DNA of 64,000 nucleotides, from contig JBHLLT010000012.1 in NCBI GenBank assembly GCA_048938855.1, forward strand, positions 1 to 64,000. Direction: 5' to 3'. The first letter of the stretch is position 1, and each line of letters opens with the position of its first letter. Origin of the DNA: Promethearchaeota archaeon. GTDB lineage: Archaea; Asgardarchaeota; Lokiarchaeia; Sigyniarchaeales; SOKP01. This document shows positions 8,736 to 20,318 of the stretch, one piece after another. The notes below the pieces were generated by a model, which saw nothing but the letters and a program-made list of their open reading frames with translations, was not told where the DNA came from and made no database searches. A program made the position numbers and the translations under genes.

Positions 8736-9734
8736 TTATAAATGAAATTCAGTGCCGGTTACTCCTATTGTGTGAGATGGATGACGAGCCATTATTTTAT
8801 TAAAATTAAAGCCAGTACAATGCATACCACATACGATTTCTGGATTTAGCTGTTCAATGAACTCTACTTTTTTCTCGATCAACTCTTCTGAATTCCACTC
8901 TTCATGAAAACCTCCTATTACACCATAAACTTGATTAATTCCTGTTATTTTTTGAGCATGTTTAATTGTATTGATTATACCACAATGGCCACATCCTGTG
9001 ATTATTACTAATCCCTTATCTTTTATGTTAATATAGACTGAAGTTTCATCTCTAAAGGTATGTTCTTTAAACTCCTTCCTACTTTTCATTATGTAGATTC
9101 CTTTTGTTATTTCTGCAGGATCAGCTAATTCAATTTCCCCACTGGTCATAATTCCATCATATAATTTAACTGGTTCGCTAGTTTCAATAATTTTTACTCC
9201 ATTTTGATCTGCAAGATTTGTGATTACGGTTTTATTCAGAGCTGGCATCTTTCTATTCATATAAAAATCTTCTTTACGAATTTTCAAAGCCATTGCTAGC
9301 TGTTCAGCAGGAATTACTTCTCCTGATTTTGTTATAGCACCATAATACTGTTCATAGCATAGAGGATTAATGTAAAATTCAGTACCTTCTTTTAATAAAG
9401 GCATTACGTTTGGTAAGCTCCCAAAATGATCAAAATGACCATGAGTCAAAATAATTTTATCAACGCTACTCAAATCAATGTTAAACTGTTTACTATTTTC
9501 AATAACTGTACCCACTAACCCCCCCGTGTCGATTAAAATATTATGGCTGTTTTCTCCCTCCTTAATTTTAATAATCATTGCTAAACCATGTTCTCCAGCA
9601 GCTCTATTTGCTGCGGCTCCAGGATACTTAACTTTATCTATTAAATTCATCTTCGGTAAAATTGTAAGGTTAACTTCATTTGTAGTGAGGACCTTTATCA
9701 TCAATTTACCTGATTCAATACTTCCTATATCCAT
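8736..9734 (-). CDS. MBL-fold metallohydrolase (EHGL / GCxH / GGFH / HCTG subfamily)
   Basis: GEHGL, LIDTG, THGHFDHFG, TGCGHCG, GGFH, GMHCTG. Confidence 0.85.
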   Translation of the reverse strand: MDIGSIESGKLMIKVLTTNEVNLTILPKMNLIDKVKYPGAAANRAAGEHGLAMIIKIKEGENSHNILIDTGGLVGTVIENSKQFNIDLSSVDKIILTHGHFDHFGSLPNVMPLLKEGTEFYINPLCYEQYYGAITKSGEVIPAEQLAMALKIRKEDFYMNRKMPALNKTVITNLADQNGVKIIETSEPVKLYDGIMTSGEIELADPAEITKGIYIMKSRKEFKEHTFRDETSVYINIKDKGLVIITGCGHCGIINTIKHAQKITGINQVYGVIGGFHEEWNSEELIEKKVEFIEQLNPEIVCGMHCTGFNFNKIMARHPSHTIGVTGTEFHL

Positions 9735-9910
9735 ATTGATTTCTTGCCTCTTTAAATTAGTTAAAAAAAATCATATTCAGTTGAATATATGTGAATGATT
9801 ATTCTTAAAATTTATATTGATAAATCTATCTTAAGAAATAAAAATAACAGAAAATTATAAATAGACCAAAAAAAAAATAATATTACCAAATGTAAAATAG
9901 GAGTGATTAA

Positions 9911-10792
9911 ATGACTGCTATTAGAGAAGAAGGGAAAATTAATGATGATACAACCCTAATAGACATTAAAATGTTTAGTGTTCCTAAAATTACTGCGATA
10001 TATCTGATTGAAAGCGGCAAAAAATGCTTAATTGATGCAGGAACTCATACCGAAGCTCGAAAAATCCTTAGACAACTAAAAGAATTGAATGCATTCCCTC
10101 CAGACGTGATTGTATTAACTCATTCGCACTGGGATCATTGCCAAGCCATCCCTTTTTTAAGTCAAAGGGCAAAGAAAGAGGGAAAAGAAATAAAAATATA
10201 TGCCTCGGCAGAAGCAATTCCAAATTTAAGAGATCAATCATTTAATGAAATTTTTGGAACAGGACCCTTTAATAATATTGAGGAAGAAATAATAGCTCTT
10301 AAGGATGGAGATATAATAGAACTTAATGGGATAACTTTAAAGATTATTGAAACTGTAGGCCATATGAGTGATCATATCGCAATTTTGGATGAAAAAAATA
10401 GAAATCTTTTTGTAGGAGATGCCCTTGGAGATAAAGTCTCAGATATAGTTTTCGTGCCTCCTTTTGTACCTCCACATTGGGATAAAGAGAATTATCTTAA
10501 ATCTATTGATAAACTTAAAAGTCTGAATTATAAAACAATAAGTTTGGCCCATTTTGGGTTCATATATGGAGATGAGGCTAAAACTATTTTAGATGAATCT
10601 ATCACAAATCTCGATAAATGGTGGAATCTATTTGAGGAAAATATTGAGCAATTAGATAACATAGATTATATGATTGATGAAGCGTTTGCAAAATTAATCC
10701 CTAAAACAGAATTAGAGAAATATCCTCAAAAACTAAAAGAAGCGATTGCCTTTTGGCTTAGTGAAGGATTTAAAATTTCAAGAGGAATTTAA
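9911..10792 (+). CDS. MBL-fold metallohydrolase
   Basis: LIDAG, THSHWDH (HxHxDH), GHMSDH, VGDA, LAHFG. Confidence 0.9.
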   Translation: MTAIREEGKINDDTTLIDIKMFSVPKITAIYLIESGKKCLIDAGTHTEARKILRQLKELNAFPPDVIVLTHSHWDHCQAIPFLSQRAKKEGKEIKIYASAEAIPNLRDQSFNEIFGTGPFNNIEEEIIALKDGDIIELNGITLKIIETVGHMSDHIAILDEKNRNLFVGDALGDKVSDIVFVPPFVPPHWDKENYLKSIDKLKSLNYKTISLAHFGFIYGDEAKTILDESITNLDKWWNLFEENIEQLDNIDYMIDEAFAKLIPKTELEKYPQKLKEAIAFWLSEGFKISRGI

Positions 10793-10801
10793 ATATTATC
10801 T

Positions 10802-11392
10802 TTAAATTTTTCTGCAAACTAATTCTCCTTTTCCAATAGGAACTATTAAAGCATCTACCCGCTCATCAGCTAATGCTTTATCCAGCATTGGTTTTAATGT
10901 CTTAAAATGATTGATTGCATTATCTGCAACAAGAATTCCACCCTTAACCATGTTTGGTATAATAAGATCATAACATTCATCATACACTTCCTTCTCTGCA
11001 TCTAAAAAACAAAAGGAAATATTTTTATAGTTGTTAATATAATCTCTCGCATCTCCTTCTATTAATTCAACCACATCTCTTAGATTTGTGATTTTGAATG
11101 TCTCTTCCGCTAATTTTACTTTTTCCTTTAAAATTTCAAATGTAATTATTTTGTTACCAATCAATCTACATACAAGAGCGATCCATAAAGTAGAATATCC
11201 TGCACTCGTACCTATTTCTAAAAACTCTCCCTTTGGAGCACTGGCAGCTAGAATTGATAGAAATTTTCCAGTTTCTGGAGGAATTTGACGAAGTCTTTCC
11301 ATTCTAGGAGTTCCATCTACTCTATCCTGAGTGTCAATTTCTTCTAAATATTGCATTCTCTTTTTTATGGATTCCGGAATCGAATGAAACAT
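10802..11392 (-). CDS. SAM-dependent O-methyltransferase
   Basis: [31 protein letters not shown]. Confidence 0.9.
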   Translation of the reverse strand: MFHSIPESIKKRMQYLEEIDTQDRVDGTPRMERLRQIPPETGKFLSILAASAPKGEFLEIGTSAGYSTLWIALVCRLIGNKIITFEILKEKVKLAEETFKITNLRDVVELIEGDARDYINNYKNISFCFLDAEKEVYDECYDLIIPNMVKGGILVADNAINHFKTLKPMLDKALADERVDALIVPIGKGELVCRKI

Positions 11393-11465
11393 TTTCTATT
11401 AAGTATTAAAATATAGAAATTTAGATTTAATTTTAAAAAAGTAGAAAAATTAATAAATAAAATTA

Positions 11466-12305
11466 TTAAGATTTTAATCCTGTCATTTCTTCGCAAATCT
11501 TCCATAACCTTTCAGCATTTTCTTCGTTGTAAGATTCTATTGAAGATTCTCTCGGTTCTTTATTTATAAAATATTTCCCTGTTATCCCTTCTACTTCTGA
11601 GGAAGAAGCTAAATAAATTGATGTTTGGGCTCCTTCTTCTGGACTTTTGAAAAATTTCTTAGCAAACCATTGGCTAAATTTAGATTGATCCCTACCCAAA
11701 TTTGTAGCGACAACACCTGGATGCACTGCATTAGCAGTTACTTTAGTCCCTTCTAATCTTCTACTTAATTCATACGTGAATAATATTTCTGCCAATTTTG
11801 AAATACCATAAGCGGAAAATAAACGATATTTTTTATTCTCACTCTGAAGATCTTCAAAATCTATCTTAGCTCTTTTATGTGCTGCCGAAGCAACAACGAT
11901 TATACGGCTGGGAGCACTTTTTTTTAAAATATCAAGTAACAAATTGGTTAATAAGAAAGGACCAAGAACATGTACAGCAAAATTCATTTCAAAACCATCA
12001 AGGGAGATTATTCGATTTTTAAGCATAACTCCGGCGTTGTTTATTAAGACATGTAATTTTTCATACTTATTCTTGAATTCCGATATCAAATTTTTGATAT
12101 CCTTTAGAGACGATAAATCACATAAAAGTAAATCTACATTTTTATTCTTTGATTGCTCGATAATCTCCTTTTGAGCTTTTTCTCCGCGTTGTTTGTTACG
12201 GCAAAGCATTACAACTGTAGCATTCATCTTTGCTAAAGCTAATGCAGTTTCTTTACCAATACCGGAATTTGCACCCGTTATTATACAAACTTTTCCTTCC
12301 ATCAT
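11466..12305 (-). CDS. SDR oxidoreductase (retinol dehydrogenase-like)
   Basis: TGANSGIG, INNAG, YGISK (YxxxK), HPGVV. Confidence 0.92.
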   Translation of the reverse strand: MMEGKVCIITGANSGIGKETALALAKMNATVVMLCRNKQRGEKAQKEIIEQSKNKNVDLLLCDLSSLKDIKNLISEFKNKYEKLHVLINNAGVMLKNRIISLDGFEMNFAVHVLGPFLLTNLLLDILKKSAPSRIIVVASAAHKRAKIDFEDLQSENKKYRLFSAYGISKLAEILFTYELSRRLEGTKVTANAVHPGVVATNLGRDQSKFSQWFAKKFFKSPEEGAQTSIYLASSSEVEGITGKYFINKEPRESSIESYNEENAERLWKICEEMTGLKS

Positions 12306-12459
12306 AATTTAAAATTCCATTGAATAGATTGAATATTTTATGTATCTGAAATGAAAAAACTATAATAAATATAAAGTAAATATAAAATAAGTCGAAATAG
12401 TTGAACTTAAAATTATGAAAATTATAATCCCAAAATAGAAAAAAAGGAAAAACTAAGTC

Positions 12460-14478
12460 TTAATTTTCAAATTCTCCTTCAATAAATCTTCTCCAAACAT
12501 TTTCAAACCATCCAAATTCAATCGGAATTTCTCTAACGTTCTCCCAGTCAATTAAAATTTGACCACTATTCCATTGGAGGGTCTGAATTTTTTTAGTTAA
12601 ATCCAAATTATTATATATAAATTTATGTTCTTTAAGATAATCTGGAGGAATTATATGCATTTCAGATAATGCAGGGTTTAGATTTTCTCGTAAAATTAGA
12701 TAAGATCCTCTGCTTCTACCGTATGAAAGATGATAATCTAATATTGCTTTTAAAAAGAAAAATTGAGTTACAAGTGCATCCTTGACTTGAAAGTATTCTA
12801 TAATTTCCAAATTACGATTTAATCTAATTAAATTGACTAAATCTTTCATCTGATTTCGAATGGATATTATTTCCTTTTCAAGATCCTTTAAAGGACGAAT
12901 AATCGTTGCATATTGAGACATTCTTTTTTGTATTTGCCTTAAAAAGTCATTAGGAAATAAAAGATTCTCACTGGAATTCTCTAATAATGTAGAAATTTGT
13001 TTTTTAAGTTCTATTAAATCTCTTAAAACGCTTTCTTTAAATCTATTATTTCCATTCGTACCATGTTTATATTTTGAATGAGCTATTCTTTGTGATACTC
13101 TTAAACCTCCAACCTGTCCTGCATTTAATGCTGCACCTCCAGGTCTATAAATACCATGACTTCCATTTATTTCACCAATAGCAAATAGATTTTTGACTGT
13201 TGTTGATTCCCACCATTTATCACAAGAGATTCCTCCGTTGAGATGCTGATTGCATACTGAAATTTCTAATGGTTCTGACGTTATATCGATTCCTTGATTA
13301 TTATAAACTTCAATTGCTTTTTTATTCAATTTCATTAATCTTTCAATGGGAGAATCTCCTAAGGCATTAGATTTTACTAAATAGTCTTTCGCTATTGGAT
13401 GTAAATTATCAATATCAAAATTTAATGGATTTTTTGTATAATCTAAGAAGACATGTTTGTTTAAAACTTGAGTTTCATGAAAAACAGCCAAGTCGATTAG
13501 AGATGATCCATATCCTTCTATTAATGTTGTATTAAATGGCCATTGATATCCTTTCAAGAAAATGGCTTTTGAAAGTTCCTTAAACGTAGGAAAAACGCTA
13601 TTTAAAAATTCTATTTCAATATTCATATTATCTTTAGAATAATATCTCGGAATAACTTGTTGATAAGAACCGGATAGATTCCATCGAAACTTTGTTGAAG
13701 CTATTCCAAATTGGGATTCAGTTAAATTTTGTAGTTTACATCCTGCTTCAATTGCTAAACTTGTTGTCCCCTTTTGAGATTTTGGGTATACGGTATTCTT
13801 ATATAAAATAGCAGGCCCTCCAGTAGCGAGTATTATATTTCTTGCTTTAAAAATTCTAATTGAGCTTATAATGGGTTGAATATTCTTTTCACTCGATAAA
13901 TTTTCTGTGTTAATACAAATAAGCCCAATAGCTTCAGGTATTTTACCCTCATTAGTTATAATTACCTTCAAAGCATAATACTTATCATATATCTTTATTT
14001 TTTTTTCTCGTACTGCATTTAATAAGCATTCTCCCATCTTTTGTGAAGTAAATGGTCCAATTGATGTTGCTCTTTGTCTAGGGTCGTTGTCAGTTTTGTA
14101 ACCTACAAAACCTCCATATTTATCATATGGAAAAGGAACACCAAGGTGAACTAAATGAAAAAATTCTCTTATAGAATTTGTTGCCTCGATTAAAGCGATA
14201 TCACCGTGCATTGCCCCTCCCTTACATAGATCCTTTGCCATTTGATAAGGAGAATCTGCCTGGTCTCCATAAAGTGCCATTTTATAATAAGTTTGCTTGT
14301 CAGAACCAGCATTAAAAGAAGTTCCACCACCTAAATTATCAGTAACAATCGCCACCTCATCTGAAGATATACCCTCCATTACTAAATGAAGAGCACAATT
14401 TAATCCGGCAGCACCCGATCCTACTATAATTGAATTGTATTCTTTTATTTCATATTGGTCTAAGTCTAATTTTTCCAT
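12460..14478 (-). CDS. FAD-binding oxidoreductase (SdhA/FrdA/NadB flavoprotein-like superfamily)
   Basis: IVGSGAAG, LATGG, QHLNGGI, LFAIGE, HGIYRPGGAAL; GAGG SD precedes ATG 14478 (MEKLDL). Confidence 0.85.
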   Translation of the reverse strand: MEKLDLDQYEIKEYNSIIVGSGAAGLNCALHLVMEGISSDEVAIVTDNLGGGTSFNAGSDKQTYYKMALYGDQADSPYQMAKDLCKGGAMHGDIALIEATNSIREFFHLVHLGVPFPYDKYGGFVGYKTDNDPRQRATSIGPFTSQKMGECLLNAVREKKIKIYDKYYALKVIITNEGKIPEAIGLICINTENLSSEKNIQPIISSIRIFKARNIILATGGPAILYKNTVYPKSQKGTTSLAIEAGCKLQNLTESQFGIASTKFRWNLSGSYQQVIPRYYSKDNMNIEIEFLNSVFPTFKELSKAIFLKGYQWPFNTTLIEGYGSSLIDLAVFHETQVLNKHVFLDYTKNPLNFDIDNLHPIAKDYLVKSNALGDSPIERLMKLNKKAIEVYNNQGIDITSEPLEISVCNQHLNGGISCDKWWESTTVKNLFAIGEINGSHGIYRPGGAALNAGQVGGLRVSQRIAHSKYKHGTNGNNRFKESVLRDLIELKKQISTLLENSSENLLFPNDFLRQIQKRMSQYATIIRPLKDLEKEIISIRNQMKDLVNLIRLNRNLEIIEYFQVKDALVTQFFFLKAILDYHLSYGRSRGSYLILRENLNPALSEMHIIPPDYLKEHKFIYNNLDLTKKIQTLQWNSGQILIDWENVREIPIEFGWFENVWRRFIEGEFEN

Positions 14479-14494
14479 AATTATCCTCATTAAA

Positions 14495-15295
14495 TTAAAG
14501 ACGATGCATATGAAATCCCCCATCAATATCCAAAACTGTTCCTGTTGAAAAGGGGATTAACCCACTTACAATCGCAACAATTGGTTTGGCAATATCAATT
14601 GGTTTACCCCATCTTTTAATCGGAATTATACCTTCATTAATGAGTTTATCATAGCTTTCGAATCTTGGTTTAGTTAATGGTGTATCTATAATTCCAGGTG
14701 ATATTTCAAACACAGGAATTTCGTACTCTGCCAGTCTTGATGCAAATAATTTAGTCATCATCGTCATCCCTGCTTTAGATATACAATATTCACCTCTATT
14801 CAGGGATGGCGTATATCTATTAATAGAAGATATATTTATTATATAGGGTTGATAATTTTCTTTTAAAACATGCTTAAGCTCAATCATCCATTTAGCAATT
14901 GTTTGAGTTAAGAAAAATGGGCCTTTAAGATTAATACCCATTACTCTATCATAGGATTCTTCTGTCATTTCTAAGAGTTCTCCCCTTTTAATAGGCCCTA
15001 CTCCTGCATTATTTACTAAAACATCTATTCGATTGAATTTTTTCTTAATTTCACCTACTAATCTCTCTCTATCTTCCTTTTCTCCTACACTAGCTTGAAC
15101 ATAAATGCACTTATCTTCTAAATTCTCGTTAAAGATGTTTTTTAATTTATTTATATAGTCTTCTGGTAGTTCTTTAGTTGATGCGCCGTTTATAACAACT
15201 GAAAAACCAATTTTAGCGAGTTCTAAAACGATTCCTTCTCCGATTCCATAAGTACTACCAGTCACTAATGCTACTTTTTTATTTTTATTACTCAT
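14495..15295 (-). CDS. SDR oxidoreductase (classical, FabG-like fold)
   Basis: TGSTYGIG, VNNAG, YCISK, IDGG. Confidence 0.9.
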   Translation of the reverse strand: MSNKNKKVALVTGSTYGIGEGIVLELAKIGFSVVINGASTKELPEDYINKLKNIFNENLEDKCIYVQASVGEKEDRERLVGEIKKKFNRIDVLVNNAGVGPIKRGELLEMTEESYDRVMGINLKGPFFLTQTIAKWMIELKHVLKENYQPYIINISSINRYTPSLNRGEYCISKAGMTMMTKLFASRLAEYEIPVFEISPGIIDTPLTKPRFESYDKLINEGIIPIKRWGKPIDIAKPIVAIVSGLIPFSTGTVLDIDGGFHMHRL

Positions 15296-15435
15296 AAAAT
15301 ACTATTTATTCGATTTTATTAAAAATATTTTCAAATAGATATTGAGAATCCAAGTTTAAAAGAATAAATATAAGAACATCTCTATCTTTCTATAACGATT
15401 TAATCAATAATAAAAAAATCATGAAATGATTCAAA

Positions 15436-17139
15436 ATGAGACGATTTGCTAGTATTGATTTTTTACGAGGTATAGCAATTGTATTAATGATTTTCTTGCA
15501 TACAATTCTTCATGTTCTAGATATTGAGGGATTAGAAGCTCAAATGGATAACATAGGACTAATTAATATAGTAGCTTTTATCGTTTTACCTTTCTTAGGA
15601 GGATTAGCAGGATTTTTTTTAATGGTCTCCGCAATAGGAAATATGATTAGCATGTACAGACACTTACAAGCCGGTAGAAGTGTAAGAGATTTAGTAATTA
15701 GACAAATTATGGGGGGAGTTTTGCTTTTAATTTTTGCTATGATTTCTGAGAGTATATTAGGTATTCATGGTGCGATCGCAAATTTAATGCAATCCTTAAA
15801 TGATGTGTCTGCATGGGATTGGTCACCAATCCTTTATCGGTCATACCATTTTGAAACGATCCATACGATAGCATGGTGTATTATCCTTAACGGCATTATA
15901 CAAGGTATTCTTTCAAGAAAAGATGGTTGGAAGAACCCTAAAAAAGTAATTAAAATCTATTTAATATTGATTATAGCAGTAGTAGTTCTTACTCCTCTTA
16001 TGTGGTGGCTAGTTGATTTGGCAATTCCTGGATATCCATTTGCTGTTGGGGTATTAAATCCTATAACTGGAGATAATCTTTCTGTTCAATACCCTTTCCT
16101 TGGTATATCAGAATGGTGGAAATTTATAACTGATTTCTTTTTTAGTGCTATTGCTGGGAGAGAAGAACCTATATTCCCATATTTGGCAGTATCATTTATG
16201 GGGAGTATCATTGGTGTTGTTTTAGCTCAAAATAGAGAAGATGTTCAAAAGAAATGGTCGTTTCTACCAAAAAGAACTATGCAAATAGGATTTATAATGT
16301 TTGTAATCGGTGCAATAGGTCTTACAGTCAATTTACTTCTCATGTTAGATACAATGGATGTTCCAGGGACTATGGCCTTTTATACACGTCTTTCTGCACA
16401 TCGTGATTGGGTTCCTGAAAATGGTGTGCCGATATTAGGCTGGTTTTTCCAATTTATGTGTTTAAATGGAGCTGCAATTTGTCTTATAATTGTTATAGTT
16501 CGGGTAGTTGAATTTCGAGGACGTGGTAAAAAATTTGCTGATAAAACACGCTTTTTTCGGAGATTTGGATTTGTGGCTTTTACAATGTATAATCTGCAAT
16601 GGATATATTATGTAGTGTGGTTTTTTGTTTCAACATTTATATATGGTAACTCATATCTACACCTTGATTGGGCTGGTACATTTTTAACAATGATCATAAC
16701 ATTTCTAATTCTGCATGGACTTTTACTACTTTGGGAAAAAGCAAAATACACAGGAAGTTTAGAATGGATTATGGGAACCATTTCAGCAAAGATCATTCCT
16801 GCTAGAAAAGTAGAAGGTAAGTGGTGGCAAACTGGACAATTAAATGTCGAAGAAGCATTCTATAATGCAGAATGGTTGAATGTTCTTGAGATAAATGAGA
16901 TAAATTATGAGAGAAAGGCAGATTCTAGATTTGCGTATAAGATGTCTTTCTTTGGGTTTCTTTTTTTCCCCATATCATTCATTACGTTTATCATAGCAAG
17001 AAATTCTATAAAACAAGAACATGAAAATAAATATAATAAGAGAGGAAAATTAATATCACTGATAGGAATAATCTTCTTCTTAGCATGGGTAGTTTTAACA
17101 ATAATTTTTAGTTTATCGGATCTTGGAATATCACTATAG
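15436..17139 (+). CDS. Membrane protein of the HGSNAT/DUF1624-like transmembrane acyltransferase family
   Basis: N-terminal RFASIDFLRGIAIVLMIFLH; more than 10 TM segments. Confidence 0.7.
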   Translation: MRRFASIDFLRGIAIVLMIFLHTILHVLDIEGLEAQMDNIGLINIVAFIVLPFLGGLAGFFLMVSAIGNMISMYRHLQAGRSVRDLVIRQIMGGVLLLIFAMISESILGIHGAIANLMQSLNDVSAWDWSPILYRSYHFETIHTIAWCIILNGIIQGILSRKDGWKNPKKVIKIYLILIIAVVVLTPLMWWLVDLAIPGYPFAVGVLNPITGDNLSVQYPFLGISEWWKFITDFFFSAIAGREEPIFPYLAVSFMGSIIGVVLAQNREDVQKKWSFLPKRTMQIGFIMFVIGAIGLTVNLLLMLDTMDVPGTMAFYTRLSAHRDWVPENGVPILGWFFQFMCLNGAAICLIIVIVRVVEFRGRGKKFADKTRFFRRFGFVAFTMYNLQWIYYVVWFFVSTFIYGNSYLHLDWAGTFLTMIITFLILHGLLLLWEKAKYTGSLEWIMGTISAKIIPARKVEGKWWQTGQLNVEEAFYNAEWLNVLEINEINYERKADSRFAYKMSFFGFLFFPISFITFIIARNSIKQEHENKYNKRGKLISLIGIIFFLAWVVLTIIFSLSDLGISL

Positions 17140-17245
17140 AAACCCTAAAAAGAAAAATTTACTATTAATCCTATTTTTTTTTTATCATAATTTTAAATTT
17201 ACTATTTTAATTAGGGTATTTCTATTGAGTGTTATTAAGAAAAAC

Positions 17246-19261
17246 ATGAGTAATAAAGAAATTGAAGATTATGTCGGTGATGTGCTAGATCAAATGACTT
17301 TAGAAGAAAAAGTTGAACAAATGATAGGTAATGGAATGTATCTCAAGGTGATAATAGACGGAGGTTTTGGTAAACGAGTCTATGATGCTGCTGGTTCTGA
17401 AAAATTCAAAATTCCTCCACTCAAGTTCACTGATGGACCGCGGGGCGTAATAATTCCAGGCTCTACTTGTTTTCCAGTATCAATGGCACGTGGAGCGTCT
17501 TGGGATATAAATTTGGAGGAAAAAATTGGAGATGTTATAGGAAAGGAAGTTAGAGCACATGGAGGTAATCTTTTTGGAGGTGTTTGCATTAATAATTTAC
17601 GACATCCCTCCTGGGGAAGAGCTCAAGAAACATATGGAGAAGATGCTTTTTTAATAGGAGAATTTGGTGCTGCTTTAACACGTGGGGTGCAAAAGCATAA
17701 TGTTATGGCAACTGCAAAACATTTCACTGCGAACAGCATTGAAAATGCTCGTTTCAAGGTTAATGTGAAAATGGACGAGCGGACTCTTCGTGAAGTTTAT
17801 CTTGCTCAATTCAAGCGGTGTGTAGAAGAAGGTTGTGCCACTATTATGAGTGCTTATAATAAAGTACGAGGCAAATACTGTGGTCATAATGATTATTTAT
17901 TAAGGAAGATTTTGAAAGAACAGTGGAATTTTAAGGGATTTGTTCATTCTGATTGGACTTTTGGTTTGAGAAATACTGTTGGTGGTATAACTGGAGGATT
18001 GGATGTTGAAATGCCTCGTGCGAAATATTATAGAATTAGAAGAGTAAAAAGCGCACTCCAAAAAGGTATGATCTCAGAAGAGATGATTAATGATGCAGCT
18101 GGAAGAGTTATGCGAACGGTTCTTCATTATACTACTAAAGACGACCCCCAAACTTATGATCAAAGTTTAATTGGGTGTAACGAACATCGTATAGTTGCAT
18201 TAGAAGCCGCAGAAAAGAGTATGGTTCTCTTAAAGAATGAAAATAATATATTACCCTTGAATAGGAATATAATCAAAAAGTTAGGAATCTTTGGAAGATT
18301 GGCTAAAATAAAAAATACTGGTGATCATGGGAGTAGCAACGTTAATATCAAAAATATAATTACTCCTTTGAAAGGAATTGAAGATTATTTAGGAGATTCA
18401 ATTGAATTACTTTATAATGACGGTCGAGATAACAAAACTGTGAAAGAAACTGCTAAGGAAGTAGAAGCTGCGATTATAGTTGTAGGATTAACATATAAAA
18501 ATGAAGGAGAATTTATTCGTGAATTACGAACAGGAGGTGATCGCGAGAATTTATCCTTAAACGATGATCATATAGAATTAATTAAAGATGTAGCCTCTCA
18601 AAATAAAAACTGCATTGTTATTTTAATTGGAGGCAGTGCAATTATGATGGAAGAGTGGAAGAATGAAGTTCCTGCAATATTGATGGCATGGTATTCTGGT
18701 ATGGAAGGAGGAAAGGCTTTAGCAAAAATTATTTTTGGTGAAGTTAATCCCGGTGGAAAATTACCTTTTACAATTCCTAAAGATTCAAGTGATTTACCCT
18801 TTTTTGATAAGAATGCTGATGAAATTGAATATGGATATTATCATGGTTATACGCTATTCGACAAAAAAGGCTTGGAACCTGCTTTTCCATTCGGTTTTGG
18901 TTTAAGTTATACAACTTTTAATTATAGTAATTTAGAAGTGAATGTTAAAGATGACATGGTTTTTGCTACAATAGATATAAAAAATACTGGAAAAGTAGCT
19001 GGAGATGAGATTGTTCAATTATATATTGGACTTGAAAATTCGAATGTTGACCGTCCTAAAAAGCTCTTGAGAGGATTTAAACGGATTCATCTGATACCAA
19101 ATGAAGTTCAAAATGTAAGGATTGAAGTCCCTATTAAAAATCTCGCATGGTATAATCCTGACTTAAAATCTTGGGAGATTGAAAAAATACAATATACTTT
19201 ATTTATAGGAACATCATCACGAAAGGAAGATCTTCTATCTACTCAATTTCAATTGAGTTAG
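17246..19261 (+). CDS. Glycoside hydrolase family 3 beta-glucosidase (with C-terminal Fn3-like domain)
   Basis: TDGPRG, WGRAQETYGED, KHF, SDW nucleophile, GLDVEMP, FPFGFGLSYT; probable ATG 17246 (MSNKEIED). Confidence 0.95.
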   Translation: MSNKEIEDYVGDVLDQMTLEEKVEQMIGNGMYLKVIIDGGFGKRVYDAAGSEKFKIPPLKFTDGPRGVIIPGSTCFPVSMARGASWDINLEEKIGDVIGKEVRAHGGNLFGGVCINNLRHPSWGRAQETYGEDAFLIGEFGAALTRGVQKHNVMATAKHFTANSIENARFKVNVKMDERTLREVYLAQFKRCVEEGCATIMSAYNKVRGKYCGHNDYLLRKILKEQWNFKGFVHSDWTFGLRNTVGGITGGLDVEMPRAKYYRIRRVKSALQKGMISEEMINDAAGRVMRTVLHYTTKDDPQTYDQSLIGCNEHRIVALEAAEKSMVLLKNENNILPLNRNIIKKLGIFGRLAKIKNTGDHGSSNVNIKNIITPLKGIEDYLGDSIELLYNDGRDNKTVKETAKEVEAAIIVVGLTYKNEGEFIRELRTGGDRENLSLNDDHIELIKDVASQNKNCIVILIGGSAIMMEEWKNEVPAILMAWYSGMEGGKALAKIIFGEVNPGGKLPFTIPKDSSDLPFFDKNADEIEYGYYHGYTLFDKKGLEPAFPFGFGLSYTTFNYSNLEVNVKDDMVFATIDIKNTGKVAGDEIVQLYIGLENSNVDRPKKLLRGFKRIHLIPNEVQNVRIEVPIKNLAWYNPDLKSWEIEKIQYTLFIGTSSRKEDLLSTQFQLS

Positions 19262-19277
19262 ATATAAATGAGGTTAA

Positions 19278-20303
19278 CTATAATTTTTCTATAATTTCTT
19301 TTTTACCACTTTCTGATGATTTGTACAAGCTAAATATTAAACTTAGAACTTTAAAACTTTCTTCAATGGTATTAAAATAAGGTTTGTCATAAAGAATCCA
19401 TTCCCCAAATGCTTTTACTGATCGACCAAAATGTGAAAATCCTTTAATTTCTTTTTTAATTTTATATTTTTTTACTCCTTTCCAGGATAATGATGATTTT
19501 GGCCATGGTCCTCTATAATAACATCTTCCCTTTTCCCCAAATACTCCCAATTCTACTTTTTCTTTAAGAAATCCATATGGTGGCTTAACGAATGTTGAAT
19601 CATTAATTTGGGCATAAACTCCATTTTCAAATTCAATAACACCTAAACCAAAATCTTCAACATCGATATTTTTAAATCTCAGAGTATCAGTCTTTCCCAT
19701 TATTGCTTTAGGGTTACCAAAAGCCCATATCATAATATCAAGAATATGGGAGCCATGAATTAAAAGAGTTCCTCCTCCAGCAGTTTCTTTTTTCGTTCGC
19801 CATAGACCTTTTTCAAAGTATGATTCATTTCTACTAAAGAATACATTACAATTAGCATAATATATTTCACCTAATTGATTATTATGAAGAGCTTTAACTA
19901 AACGATAGCAATTATGGTCATATCTATAATTATAATTAAATCCTAACTTTAGATTTTGATATTGCTTATCTAGATTCTGTATTTCCCGAGCATCCTCTAT
20001 TGAAATAGAAACTGGCTTTTCACACAGTGCGTGTTTTCCATTTTCAAACGCTTGTTTTATCATTGGTTTATGGAGGTGATGAGGTGTGGCGATATATACT
20101 GCATCGATATCCTCATTCTTATACATTTCATCAGACTCTGTATATGCATGGTTTTTTCCTCCAATCTTAATTGCTTTGTTTATATCTAAATCAACTGCTG
20201 CTTGGATTTTTGTGTTCTTTATGAGTCTCGTTATGAGTTTATACATTTTAGCAATCCCACCACAGCCGATAACCCCAATTTTTATACAATTACCATTTGT
20301 AAT
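19278..20303 (-). CDS. Gfo/Idh/MocA family NAD(P)-dependent oxidoreductase (probable ATT start)
   Basis: In-frame KIGVIGCGGIA upstream of the first ATG (20246); IATPHHLH, CEKP, GGGTLLIHGSH. Confidence 0.9.
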   Translation of the reverse strand: MTNGNCIKIGVIGCGGIAKMYKLITRLIKNTKIQAAVDLDINKAIKIGGKNHAYTESDEMYKNEDIDAVYIATPHHLHKPMIKQAFENGKHALCEKPVSISIEDAREIQNLDKQYQNLKLGFNYNYRYDHNCYRLVKALHNNQLGEIYYANCNVFFSRNESYFEKGLWRTKKETAGGGTLLIHGSHILDIMIWAFGNPKAIMGKTDTLRFKNIDVEDFGLGVIEFENGVYAQINDSTFVKPPYGFLKEKVELGVFGEKGRCYYRGPWPKSSLSWKGVKKYKIKKEIKGFSHFGRSVKAFGEWILYDKPYFNTIEESFKVLSLIFSLYKSSESGKKEIIEKL

Positions 20304-20318
20304 CTTTTTACACCACTT

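Noticed and set aside
12460-14526. Calling the flavoprotein sdhA/frdA/nadB
   Set aside because: No Fe-S or anchor subunits adjacent and no covalent-FAD His motif (SHT/S-x-x-A-x-GG) is evident; only the superfamily is supported
17123-17245. N-terminal extension of the GH3 ORF as a signal peptide
   Set aside because: Starts at TTG inside the upstream gene and crosses a T-tract terminator; ATG 17246 fits the family start
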